Source: Octopus vulgaris
Taxonomy: Eukaryota
Direction of reading: 5' to 3'
NCBI GenBank assembly: GCA_951406725.2
Contig: OX597832.1
Location: 53,072,001-53,136,000, forward strand
Length of the DNA: 64,000 nt
How positions within the stretch are numbered: position 1 is the stretch's first letter; every line of letters starts with the position of its first letter. Below, one piece after another: positions 1-48,755 of the stretch. The notes below the pieces were generated by a model. The model was not told the DNA's origin. It did no database searches and worked only from the letters and a program-made list of their open reading frames with translations. A program made the translations under genes and the position numbers.

Positions 1-199
1 AAGAAATTAAGTTGTCAAAAAAATAAAAGGAAGAATAATTTAATTTACTGCTTATACATTTGAAATGTGGTTATACAAAGATGAAAGCCTTGCTGCAAAT
101 GTCAGCTGACCCCTCCATACTAATATCATTCCTTGGTTTTGCAATGGCTTATATGGGGGGTTTCTTTTTTGTTCATCCTTTATTTGCTAGACTGGGAAA

Positions 200-1080
200 A
201 AGGAGCAGGCCTCGTGGCCTTCACAACCTCTTGGAGATCAGTGGAGGACTTGACATTCGACATAAATTGCTGCAATCTGATGACTGCGAAAAAAAAGGCA
301 TGTGCAGAGAGCAAATTCCAGAAGGCCACTGTATAGGGGGGAAAAACGGGCTGGACCTACTTTGTTAGTGGAGAAGTTGAAAGCAAAGGTAACAAGAGAG
401 GCAGAAATCACTGTAGCTGTAGTAAAAAATGCATTGAGAGGAGACAGAGCAATTCTGCAGTCCCGAGGCTGTACTAATATGTTGAGCTTTCTCTGAATGT
501 GGTGTAGAATGTGTGCGCACATGTATGTGTAACACCTGTAGCTCCATCATAGACATAGGAGCAGTTTTACAATGTAGGTTTCACCTGAATTTTGTAGAGG
601 GTCAGAAAATGTGGGAAGCTGAACTGTTTTCTGACAAGGCCAATATTAATGGGGATGCAGTCCTAGCTATGGTAAGGACATGTGCTCACCATTCAAGATC
701 TTCAATGAAAACATTTGGAATGACAACAAGAACCCTAGCTGCATGCAGCTCGTATTAATGTGGGATGATGTTTTTTGAATGTGAGCAATGTGTGGTTTTT
801 TGATGTTGAAAGAGACAAAATTTGCACAACCCAATTGGAGGATACTTTTGGAGCATCTGTTCATGGAGTTAGTGCAGGTTTGCCTCAAAGTACCTCAGAT
901 GCATCAAGATAACACGAGTGGAAAAAGTTAGGGAAGAATGAAGAATGGTATGGACTATTTAGAGATGGTGCCACTGGATGTGAGAGCAAATAAGTTATTG
1001 ATTTACAGCAAGAAGCGTTGAGGACATTTATAAACTCTTGGGCACACACGATTTGAAAGTATGAAGAATGTGTCTTCAGT
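200..1080 (-). mobile_element. Decayed Jockey/CR1-group LINE, RT C-terminal region
   Basis: Disrupted minus-strand translations TLYKIQVKPTL, ILHHIQRK and TVAFWNLLSAHAF resemble LINE ORF2 C-terminal motifs. Confidence 0.55.
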
Positions 1081-2134
1081 AGCCATTCTTAGGTATGATA
1101 TCCTTTATTCTTTTTGTTTCAGTCATTTGACTGTGGCCATAAAGGGTTTTTTAATCGAAGAAATTGACACCAGGACTTATTCTTTGTAAGCCTAGTACTT
1201 ATTCTATTGGTCTCTTTTGCCAAGCTGCTAAGTTACAGGGACATAAACACAGCAACATCAGTTGTCAAGCGATAGCAGGGGAGGGAACAAACACAAATAG
1301 ATATATATATATGGTGTATTAGCCGGTGTTTTCAAAGCGATGAATAGCTTTTTGCGGAAACCATAGTTCGCTTTGTTTTCTGACTTTATTATCATCTTAT
1401 AATAATGACTTTTATTACTACCTCAGTCCATCTAAATGTATATATTTGTCGTTACCTGTCATAAAAAAGCCTTTTTTTATTTGCAATGTGCATTTTCGTT
1501 CATTTTTCATATTTTACCCTTACATTTCCACGTGTATTTTATATTTTCTTTTTGTAACATATTTCTACTATATATATATATAGCTTCAATAACAGAGATT
1601 AACAGTAAAGGTTGAGAAATTTGCCTTAGAGTTTGGATGTTAGTAAGGACTGATGGTTGGAAGTGAGTCCATTAATGTTAAAGACAAGAGACAGAATTGA
1701 CTAACTGGTTTTATTTTGGTGTCTTGAGGAAATGTGAAGAGTGACAGTACAATAATGGCAAAACAATACTACTTTAGAAATTGTCCAATTCTTCAAACCA
1801 TGGTAATTATACATGTAATTAATAAGTTAATGAATATACAGCCATAAATTCTACCAAAATTTCTCGTCAATCTCAAACTTCCAAAGACAGAAAGACAGCT
1901 CCTATGTCAAGTTAAAATAGAGAGAAAATACGATGGAAGAGGGAAAACAATAACTTTCACAATCTTATGTCTGTCTTCCATGTTGGTATGGCTTGGACTA
2001 CTGTTATAGTCATTATATACAACAGCAAAGTATAGTTCGAAAAAAGAATGGTTAAACCACATAAGAATATTAGCTAACGTTTTATGAAACAAAATAGAAA
2101 ATTAGAAAACTTCATTTGTTTTTTTTTTTCTTAC

Positions 2135-37935
<35,801 letters not shown>

Positions 37936-37984
37936 CTTTATCAATAAATTTAAATAAAAGTATGACCTTCTAAAAAGTTTCGAA

Positions 37985-38140
37985 GGGATTTCAAAATGCC
38001 GGCCTTCTCATCACGCAGAGTGAACCAATGCGAGATGTAAAGCTTTATCTGATTGGCTCACGGGAACGAGGTTGGCCACTCTGCCATGTGCTACCATACA
38101 TTGCTGTGCCCATGGCCACCTTGGCTTCCAACACATTTCT
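37985..38140. promoter_or_regulatory. Importin alpha core promoter with two oppositely oriented CCAAT boxes
   Basis: GC-richer patch 50-200 nt upstream of the ATG. CCAAT at 38025-38029, ATTGG at 38052-38056, and near-palindrome GTGCCCATGGCCAC at 38106-38119. Confidence 0.6.
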
Positions 38141-40138
38141 TTCAATACCTCACTCACCAACTGCCATAATACTATATCACTTATAAAAGTGTTGATTTAT
38201 TAATATTAAATACGCCTTCGTTAACGATTTTCCTTATTTTATATCCCATAGATATATCGCTCTTTAATTTAAATATATATATATATACATATATATGTTT
38301 TCCTATTTACGTTTATAATTCAAATTCCTAACCAGTCAAGCCTAACATTTATCATTTAAAAAGTGAAGCAGTCGAACGAAGAAAGCCAGCCAGTGGCATT
38401 ATTAGACGGCTTTTATATTCAACTTTTACGTCAGTTGCTACATTACGTGACTTCAGATCTTTTGAAAGTAAATTCAATATGGAAAACTATTTATTTTTTT
38501 TTCTTTCTTTCTTCGACTGGTCATAAAGCTAATTTTAGCAAGAGAATTGGTTACGATAAATTTCAATTCAGTTGGTACTTTATCGAAATAGAAGACGTGA
38601 AAACTCAAAAGTTGATGACGACACAGTAAGAACAACGTTAGAGGGAAAAGACAAAACTGGAAAGCACATTCTATTATTTTTCTCATTATTAAGCCTAAAA
38701 TTAAAAAAAAAATTATAGACTTCAAAATGATTTTGTTTATGTTTAGAAGGTGGTTTTTGTCTCAAAGTCTTTCAAGCTATTCAGAAGTTTTGATAAACGA
38801 ATAAATTTAATTCCGTTTATTAAACGTCTGAGAAGAGTTGTTAATACGATTATAAATTTCTGGGCGATTAAACCTTATGTTTCGATTGTGTATTTATATC
38901 TACACTTCATCTCTACCGCCGATCGTCTCGTCAGCTGTTTTATTCTTGGACGTATGCAAGGATTCAGACTGGATTCGAAACCTTGGAAGTTAGCCTGGGA
39001 CCAGACATGTATGGGAGTAAAACACTGAGTAACTATCGGCGATTGAAATGGGTTGTAGAAATAAATAAGGCGTAAAAGGTGGGAAATCACGGTCTGATAA
39101 ATTCAGTTACTGACTATTTTTGATATGGGCATGTTAGCGGGACGGGGACGGGGTTCGTATGGGTACAGAAATGCTTTGGGAAAGGAGACGATCAATGAAT
39201 TGAGAAGAAATATCTCTTTTTCTTTCTCTCTTTTGTTTTTTTCTTTTACGTAAGTTAATCCGGAAAAAGATTGATCAACGCCCATTATCTTCTCGTACTC
39301 TCAAACACTTGGTGAAAAGAGTTTAATTCAAATTTTTAACTGGCTTAAAAAGCACACACGCACGCACACACATACACACAACCCGCTATATATATATATA
39401 TATATTACCTTTTTTTTTATATATATCTAACTTATTGAATTATGGCCATACTGGGGCATCACCTTCGAGAGTTTGGTTGAAGAAATCAACCTCAATACTT
39501 ATTCCAACCGAACCGTCAAGTTATGGCGATGTAAACAGAGTAACCTCGGTTGTCAAGTGGTGTTGGGGAAACGAACACAAAAATACACACACACACACCA
39601 TCATCGTCATCATCTTTTAACGTCTGTTTTTCAAAGTAGCATAGACTGGACGGTTCGACAAGAGTTGACAAGTCAGAAGACTGCACCAAGCGCTGCCGTC
39701 TGCTTTGCATGGTTTCTATGGTCGGATGCTCTTCCAGACGCCAACCATTTTACAGAGTGTTCTGGATGCTTTTTGCATAGCACCAGCAACAGTGAAGTTA
39801 CCAAGTAACTTGCAAGACAAGACCCCTTCCATTGAAGTGAGAGTAGTTCTGAAAGACATAAAAATGTGTCTTGTTGTAGAGAAGAAACATGGCTACCTCA
39901 GGTGGAGCGAGAGAGCTGGGAGAGAGAGAGAATATGGTGGAGATGAGACGATGGAGGGGTAGGTGTATGGGGTGAAAACAGACGAAGAATTGGTGTGTGT
40001 AAAGTTCATGGGGTTAGCGAAAGGAAAATGGGGGGAATGCAGTGAGTGGGCATAATTAGAGGAAAGAGGATATGTTGTGGGAAATAGATTTGACTGGGAC
40101 AGTGCAGGTAGGTTCGTGAGGGAGAATGAATATATATA

Positions 40139-41166
40139 TCTGTATCTATAAAAAGCATGATGTGTGTACGTGAATGTAATTTATGCACGTCCACAAATTA
40201 GCACGCATGTCGCTCCAATATTAGGAGGATATTCGTCACCAGCCTACCTGGGTTTTTTTCCCAAGGCACCCGTGGATAGCGGTAAAAATCTATTTTCAAC
40301 CATAGCTTTTACCAATTTTGAAGGTTGATAACATGAGTTAAGTGTCTTCTAGCCATAGCCAAGCGAAAGTGTGTGTGTGAGGGAGAGAGAGAAGTTGTGT
40401 TAATGTATGTGTGTGTGTGTGTGAAGGAGAGAGAGTGTTTCAAAGCGTCTAACAAAAAAAGTAAAGAAAAAGTATGTATAAGGGGGAGTGGGAGATAGTT
40501 TGACAGCATCTAACAAAAAAAATAAGATAAAGAAAAGTGGGAGAGAGGCAGAGAATTTGGACAAAGTGAGAGAGAGAGAGGGGGGAAGAGTAAGTGACAG
40601 CATCCATAAAAAATATAATGTAAAATGTTTTGTTTTTTCTTAAACACGAGATATAGTGTTCAAATTCAGGATGTTTTTGAAAGACACTATATTTTATAAT
40701 CAGCTTATATATACTTTCTCACACAACAATTGAAATATATTTATTTTAAATCGTTCATCTTTCTCCCACCCCTCTTTCACACACACATTACTTTGGGTGT
40801 GAAAGAGTTTTGTTTTTATTTTACACTGAGTAAAAAAGTGTTTTGTTGAGAATCCATTTATTTAAGAACAAAGAAACAAAGAGGTAGGTAAAGTTTGTCA
40901 GTGAATTACACAATATAAATAAGTAGAATTTCCGAGGCTTCCACCACACCCACTCCGTTTTACGGACCGCAAAAAGAGTTTTGTAGCATATTAGGAGGCC
41001 AGAGTAGTTGATTCTATGCAAAAAAAAACGATTTTTTTTCTTAGTGAAAATCGTGCAAGTGTTAATCTAGAAATTTACCAACATTTTTTCCATTCATTTC
41101 TGTTTATGAACATGTATGTGTGCAAAAAACATATGCAATAGGTGTACGTACGTACATGTGTGTTGC

Positions 41167-41211
<45 letters not shown>

Positions 41212-41331
41212 AATTTCAACGGATTTCGCCCAAATTTGCCATCGATATTACTTAGTTTGGTTTGAAATAAAGAACTTGACTAGCTTAATAATCGTAACTT
41301 AATCACGGGCAAAGCTGGGTTATACTGCTAG
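40139..41331 (+). mobile_element. Probable larger non-autonomous Helitron
   Basis: 5' TCTGTATCTATAAAAAGC and 3' CACGGGCAAAGCTGGGTTATACTGCTAG|T. Pairing of these two ends is inferred. Confidence 0.5.
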
Positions 41332-41642
41332 TATATATATATATGATTGTCAAGGATTTATCATCCCAGTTCTCCGGTTTATACCAGTTTTCAATGAAAA
41401 CTAATTATATTAGTTTTACAAATATATATTATAGGTATTTAAAATATTTATGAATGAGAAAAGGAAGAAAATTGAGAAATTGACACACAGACATCAGTTT
41501 ATTCATGAATATTCAAATACACACACACACACACACACATAATTTCATTATATGGATTTGAATATCTTTGGTAAAAATTTTTTGCATAATGAGATAAAAA
41601 AACCAAGGCTGTGTAGATATTAGAAAATTTATAGATAGAAGG

Positions 41643-41692
41643 TCTTACAGCTGTTTCCGGGATATTTATTAATTATATCCCTTCATCGGAGA
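41643..41692 (-). ncRNA. Degenerate minimal type I hammerhead (Penelope-type)
   Basis: UCU-CCGAUGA-A-GGGAUAU...AUAUCCC-G-GAAA-CAGCUGU-A-AGA; core U4 is replaced by C. Confidence 0.55.
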
Positions 41693-41735
41693 TGGTGTGA
41701 GGGGATGGTTAAGTAATAGTTGAATAGTTAAGTAA

Positions 41736-42120
41736 TCTCTCTCTATATAAACGGCAGTTTGTCTGTGCGTGTTTCTGTGTGTCTGTTTGCTTGTACCCTC
41801 ACCCTGACCACGGCTTTCAACCGATTCTGATGAAACTTGACACACACATAGCCCAATGTCATAATTCAAAACTAACGCAGCGAAAATTTTGAAAAGTTCC
41901 CCCAGTTCTGAAAAAAATCGATAAATTCGACATGGGGTCGAGAATCAGGAATACGAACCACAAATTGTCTAGGGGACGCAACTCTACCTTTTTTAAATCT
42001 CAAAAAAAAATTTACCATCATTTTTTTCCATTTTTTTGCTATTTTTTGCCTATAACTCTCTAAAAATGCTTTATAGTTATTTCCCTTACAAACCTGAGCA
42101 ACGCCGGGCGATACTGCTAG
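41736..42120 (+). mobile_element. Non-autonomous Helitron family B
   Basis: A|TCTCTCTCTATATAAACGGCAG...CCTGAGCAACGCCGGGCGATACTGCTAG|T. Confidence 0.8.
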
Positions 42121-42189
42121 TAGATATATATATATATCTTTTTTTATTTTTGCTTGTTGCAAAAGTCAGCAACTACATACATACACTCT

Positions 42190-42233
<44 letters not shown>

Positions 42234-43429
42234 ATTTATTTTTTAGAGATAAATTTTCTCTATATTAAGGACACATCAAAGCGCTCAAGACTTTTGAGCC
42301 ATAAGAAAAATGATGAGAAACAAACGATGGATTACCAATAAAATATATTCCATTATAAAAATATCATGTGCACAAAATCGTACAATAAATAAATATATAT
42401 ATACAGATATTACAATCTGTAAGTTGATGATCGAAATGAATTTGTTCCTCCATTTTCTTATTTGTATTATGAATTTACGGTAAAATAGTTTACCTTCACC
42501 CATCCATAAATGAATTAATTGCATTGCAATTATAAGCATTTATGTATTTAGTATTTGGGTACTTCACCAGCAGTATATTGGATATCAGATATTCCATAGT
42601 GGGTTACCCTCATAACCCCTTTCAATCATCAACTTCCAGATAATACCAATTCATATAATTTATTAACTAATTAATTAAATAGGAACATCCAAATCCAACA
42701 GAATAAGACAGAATAAAACAATATACATCAATAAATAGGATAATACCATATAAATAATACATATAAAATGGATCTTACAGCTGTTTCAGCCTGTAGATAA
42801 GGGTATCTCATTATGCTCATATTAGTCATATGTATTGAGGTAATATGCAGTTGGTTACAATCATAACCCCTATCTCACTTTGCACTATATATATATATCC
42901 AAATTGATGGAGTGGAATAGCCAAAGCTTATGATACAATTGTTATGCAATAACCTCTACTCGCTGTAACTAATCATCAAGTCGAGATTACCTTTAAGAAG
43001 ACAACATTGTCGCATAGAATTTCTAAGTTGGCCAAAATACAACAGTGAGTTCAACCGAATAAAAAAGCTAGAATTAAAAAATATAAACAAAAAAAATTAA
43101 AACAATCAAAACAGTAAGTTTGAAGGGCCAATGAGCAATATAACAAATGGTGAGGCCCAAAATATACGAGATGTAGGTAAGCATGCCTGTGTACTGGCAC
43201 CTTAATCTCAACTCCTTCACACCTTTACCTATGTAAATTTGGACAACAGCATTTTTGTAGTCCACTAAAAGGTGTCATCACTTCTCGACAAGATTTTTAT
43301 GGACACAATATTATTCCTCATAATGGTAACGATCCTTTTCTTTTTCTTTTCTCTTCTTGCTTTCCTTCTCTTTCTCCTTTTCTTCCCACTTAACTTAGTA
43401 ATAATCCCGTCGTCTATAGGAAGAGGGCA

Positions 43430-44202
43430 TGAAATTTTGAGGGCGGGGGGCTTAGTCAATTACTTTGACCCAGCACTCAACTGGTACTTATTAATTAACT
43501 ATGAAAAGCAAAGTCATCTTTAGCAGAATTTGCATTCAGAACATTAAGACAGATGAAATGCTGCTAAGCATTTTGTCTGGCATGCAATAATAATAATAAT
43601 AATAATAATTTCTTTTATTGGCCACAAGGGCTGACAAAAATTAATTATCACATAAAGGGACAAAACAGGACGAAAGTTACAAAGGGTTTTGTCCGTTTGT
43701 AAAAAAAAAACACGTAAAAACATTGTAACAACGAAAAATTATAAGAACGAAAAACTCCCAATTGGGGGGGGGGCGTTACGAAAGGTTCCTGGTGGAAAAA
43801 CCCATAAAAGCCACGGGAGCCTGGTCAAAAGCTGGGTAGAGAGCCCCTTTCTCCTTTTGTAATACCTTTTTTCTTACAGGTGTATCCTCAGAATGGCTCC
43901 TTTCATACTAGCCATTCTTGCGACATTTATTCACCTTTCACTAAACTTGCTAAATAACGATAATAGTAATAATAATAATAAAGATAATGATAGTTTAAAA
44001 TTTGGCACTAGATCAGCAATTTCGGAGGAGGAAATAAAACAATTATATTGACCCCAATACTCAAGCTGGTACTTATTTTATTGACCCTGAAAGGGATGAA
44101 AAGCAAAGTCAACCCTGGCAGAATTTGAACTCAGAACATGAGCAGATGAAATACTTCTAAGCATTTTACCTGGTGTGCTAACAGTCCTGCCAGCTTGCCA
44201 CC

Positions 44203-44285
<83 letters not shown>

Positions 44286-44530
44286 CCTTTCTACTGTAGG
44301 CACAAGACCTAAAATTTTGTGGGAGGGGGCTAGTTGATTACATCGACCCTAGTACACAACTGGTACTCATTCTATTGACCCTGGAAAGATGAAAGGCAAA
44401 AATTCAACCCTGGCAGAATTTGAACTCAGAATATGAGGCAGATAAAATACCTCTAAGCATTTTACCTGGTGTGCTAACAGTTCTGCCAGCTTGGCACCTT
44501 AATACCATTATTATTATCATCATCATCATC

Positions 44531-44575
<45 letters not shown>

Positions 44576-45050
44576 TCCTTTCTACTGTAGGCACAAGACC
44601 TAAAATTTTGTGGGAGGGGGCTAGTTGATTACATTGACCCTAGTACACAACTGGTACTCGTTTTATTGACCCTGAAAGGATGAAAAGCAAAGTCAGCCCT
44701 GGCAGAATTTGAACTCGGAATGCAAAGACAGATGAAATGCCGCTAAGCATTTTGCCTAGCATGCTAACAATTCTGCCAACTCACAATAATAATAATAATA
44801 ATTATTATTAGTAGTAGTAGTAGTAGTAGTAAACCTTTCTACTAAAGGCACAAGGCCTGAAATCTTGGCGAAAAGGGACTAGTCGATTATCTCGACCCCT
44901 CAGTATTTCACTGGTACTTAATTCATTGACCCTAAAAGGATGAAAAGCAAAGTTGACTTCTGCAGTACTTGAACTCAGAATGTAAAGACAGATGAGATGC
45001 CATAAGACATTTTGCCTAGCATGCTAACAATTCTGCCAGTTGGCTACCTT
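43430..45050 (-). repeat. Array of five same-orientation SINE family 2 copies separated by (TAA)n tracts
   Basis: Copies at about 43430-43585, 43995-44203, 44284-44500, 44576-44785 and 44833-45050. Confidence 0.85.
44204..44285. repeat. (TAA)n microsatellite; further tracts at about 44530-44576, 45922-46045 and 46217-46245
   Basis: Direct reading of the sequence. Confidence 0.98.
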
Positions 45051-45066
45051 ACCACTGCTGCTGCTG

Positions 45067-45103
<37 letters not shown>

Positions 45104-45990
45104 TACTACTACCACCACCACCACCACCACTACTACAAATGATGATGATGATGATGCAATACCAGGCAGTGGCTCTCATGGCTTCTGATCTTAACTGATT
45201 GGAAGTGCTATCATGTGCATTGTTTTGACTTGGTGCAAAAGATGGGCTACAGTAAATATTCTGCTCAATACCACAGATTTGCCTTTCAGTTGCTTGACCT
45301 TAACCAGTTGAGCATGTCCCTTAGTGGCTGACGATATGTGCATCTCTGATCACGAGCAGAAGTAGTGGTGGGAGCATCATAGCCATGTGTTGAGAGGGAT
45401 TCTTTTGGGTTTGGATAATTCACCTTTGGAAACATGGGTGTTTTGTTCAACATCCTTATACAACTCTTATTCAGGGACCTTTTGAGCAGGAGAAAATTCT
45501 AACTGGGCCCCACCTGCAAGGTCATGTGTTGTTTATCTTGATATCAGATCACTATGCCACGCACATATGGTTGTGATGCAATGTGCCTGGTGTACCCTTA
45601 TCAGGCGGGTAGTCATGATGGGTATATTGGGCTTCGTATATTTTACCCCAGTGTCACTTTGATGGCATGCAATGCTCTCTCACTCAATAATAATAATAAT
45701 AATAATACACAAAATACTTTCTATGTAATCTCAAGTTTTAAAACAAACATAATTTTCGTATGGTTCTTTAGGCATTCACTAGTACAATACTAAGTACAAA
45801 ACCAAATATATGGCACCCTAGGCATAACACCAACATGAACTTCCAACTTGTTGTCTCTTGAGGTCTCTGGGTGAGACTTGGAGCCAGCTTGTGCAAATGT
45901 AAAGCAAAAGTCAATCATAGTATAATAATAATAATAATGATAATAATAATAACAATAATAATAATAATAATAATAATAGTAATAATAATA

Positions 45991-46046
<56 letters not shown>

Positions 46047-46218
46047 TACCCATGTATTTTAATTTAACTTTATTTCTATCAAAAAAAAAAAATGAACAAA
46101 CGAGTGAGTTTAGTTTAATGGCCTACCAATGTATACTATGAGTTTCTTTGCCCTAGGAGTCGGGAAGACACTTGGCAAGAAATGGAAGCAAATTTGAAAG
46201 AAGAAGAAAAACCCATAA

Positions 46219-46249
<31 letters not shown>

Positions 46250-46941
46250 GCTTATTGTTTACAGTGTTCAGGTGCTTTACTGTTTGTTGGAAAAGGTTAA
46301 AAGTGTGCACAGAAAGCAGATGTAGAAGTCAAGTAAACGAAAGGTAGAAGTAATTTGCGCAACACTCAGAAAAAAAAAAATAGAGAAAAGTGAACAACAT
46401 TTTTCAGTTTTAAAATAAGGAAGAAGAATTTGGCCAAAATAACTCAGCCATTATTAAAAATGGTATTTGAAGCATAAATTAACATGCTGTTTCTTTTGGG
46501 TTTTTTTTGTAATGAAAAATTTTAATGGTATTTCGCACTGTTATTCATTCAAGCAATACTTGATATCTCTTACACATACCATTCTAAATACCATCAGCTG
46601 TTGACTCCATTCTTCATTATCCACTCATTCTAACAATACTCAACACCATCTGAAGAACCAACACAAAATGGCAGCTGGCAGACTTTAACTGTCAAGTCAC
46701 AAAAATCAACATTCCTTTTTGACAGTCAGGTGACTGGTGTATCATATCACCTTACCTTTTCTCTTTTATCTGTTACTTGTTTCAGACATTTGACAGTGGC
46801 CAAGCTGTGGCACTGCCCTGAAGGGGTTTGGTCAAACGAATTGACACCAGTGCTTATTTTTTATAGTTTGATACTTAGCTGTTCAGTAAAAGGTATTGAT
46901 AGACATAAACAAACCAACACTGGTTGACAAGTGGTAGTGAA

Positions 46942-47172
46942 GGCGGCGAGCTGGCAGAACCGTTAGCACGCCGGGCAAAATGCTTAGCGGTATTTCGTCT
47001 GCCGCTACGTTCTGAGTTCAAATTCCGCCGAGGTTGACTTTCCCTTTCATCCTTTCGGGGTCGATTAAATAAGTACCAGTTACGCACTGGGGGTCAATAT
47101 AATCGACTTAATCCGCCTGTCTGTCCTTGTTTGTCCTCTATGTGTTTAGCCCCTTGTGGGCAGTAAAGAAAC
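46942..47172 (+). mobile_element. tRNA-derived SINE family 2, young-looking copy
   Basis: GGCGGCGAGCTGGCAGAA head, GAGTTCAAATTC B box, CCTTTCATCCTTTCGGGGTCGAT core. Related copies near 9270-9500, 24770-24945, 49400-49600, 50020-50195 and 59210-59415. Confidence 0.88.
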
Positions 47173-47341
47173 AGGTAGTGGGGGACAAACACAAACACAG
47201 AAGACACACAAACACACACACACACATGCATATATATATATGTATGTATGTATATATGTATGTTTCAAAATATGACCACGTGCGTACCGTTGGCGATTTT
47301 TTTCCTCCGTCTTCCCTTCTTTGGATGTTTCCTTTTCCTAT

Positions 47342-47376
47342 GTTTCTGACGAAGAGCTCTGCTCGAAACGTTAAAC
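47342..47376 (+). ncRNA. Minimal type I hammerhead (Penelope-type)
   Basis: GUUU-CUGACGA-A-GAGC(UCU)GCUC-GAAA-CGU-U-AAAC, with palindromic ACGU as helix III. Confidence 0.7.
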
Positions 47377-48083
47377 CCTCCTTCTTTCCTGAGCGTCCAA
47401 TAATACTGTACTTGTTCCACGTCCTTGCGTTGTTGTGTTTTCATGTTTGGATTAACTTTATGTATGTATGTATATATATATACACATTCATGTCAGCTCA
47501 CTTTCGAGTGCTACTGGTAACATGTAACCCAGTACAACCTGTTGCATGGTCGGGTCGTTGGCGACTAAACCAGCAACCCCACCAAGCTTGCTTGGTGAGG
47601 AGGGTGTTTATTGGACACCCTGCGAGATGAAAAACAAAACCCGTCAAAAGGAGGAACTCTTGAGAGTCAACGGCCATCCAATAAATGTCTTAAGGCTGCA
47701 TCATGCACGGGGACATAGAAATAATTGGACTGAATACCCGATCGCACAGTTAAACCATTGGGAGTGAAGGACTTCTAGCCTTTGTTAGGGCATCCTTCTG
47801 GGAGAAGGTAACTCAGGTAACTGGGATAACTCCGACATAAAACCTGCGGCTCAGTGGTTACCGATGATGTTGACTTGTTCTTCTTTTTGGATTATGGCTG
47901 CTGTTGCTTAGTGAGTGGGATTGACTCAGTGCACAGCCTTTCCTCACTTTAAAAAAAAATCTTCTTGCACAGGCATGCACGATAACAACATTGATTAAGC
48001 TTCGTGCAATGGTCATACTCGATAACGAGGGGGTAGCCACCATATATACACATACATACATATGTATATTATGTATATGTATG

Positions 48084-48084
<1 letters not shown>

Positions 48085-48173
<89 letters not shown>
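48085..48173. repeat. Long (TA)n microsatellite
   Basis: Direct reading of the sequence. Confidence 0.98.
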
Positions 48174-48176
<3 letters not shown>

Positions 48177-48234
48177 TATCTAGTTTCAGCTCAGAGCTGC
48201 GGCCATGCTGATGCACCGCCGTTAATTAAGATGC

Positions 48235-48283
48235 CTCCCCGCGGTGAATCGAACCCCGGTCTCCCGCGTGACACTACCGAGGA
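48235..48283 (-). pseudogene. Internally deleted tRNA-Asp(GTC) copy
   Basis: Minus strand reads TCCTCGGTAG-TGTCACGCGGGAGACCGGGGTTCGATTCACCGCGGGGAG. This matches both ends of eukaryotic tRNA-Asp but lacks most of the D arm and the 5' anticodon stem. Confidence 0.85.
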
Positions 48284-48394
48284 CACCTAAAAATGTCGAG
48301 ACGGGCTAAATGGCTGTTAAAGTAGTTTGTCTGTCGTGGTAACGATTGTGCCAGCTCGCTGCCTATATATATATATATATATGTATATATATAC

Positions 48395-48454
<60 letters not shown>

Positions 48455-48715
48455 GCCATTGCCAGCCATGCCTGGCCTCCGTGCTGGCGGTGCGTAAAAA
48501 GCATCATCCGACCGTGGCCGTTTGCCAGCCCCATCTGGCACCTGTGCCGGTGGCACGTAAAAAACACCCACTACACTCACGGAGTGGTTGGCGTTAGGAA
48601 GGGCATCCGGCCGTAGAAACATTGCCAGATCAGACTGGGCCTTCCCAGACCCCGTTGAACCATCCAACCGATGCTAGCATGGAAAGCAGACGCTAAATGA
48701 TGATGATGATGATGA

Positions 48716-48755
<40 letters not shown>

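Noticed and set aside
1333-1376. Hammerhead-like CAAAGCGATGAA...GGAAAC...GCTTTG
   Set aside because: The CUGA core is missing; at best a dead remnant.
38363-39285. Short ORFs as a divergent protein-coding gene
   Set aside because: No recognisable domain or supported splice structure.
47540-47580. Possible HDV-like ribozyme (CGACTAA)
   Set aside because: Folds as a simple hairpin; no P1/P3 pseudoknot found.
45790-48567. Low-complexity ORFs (poly-L/Y/I, YIYI)
   Set aside because: Translations of microsatellites.
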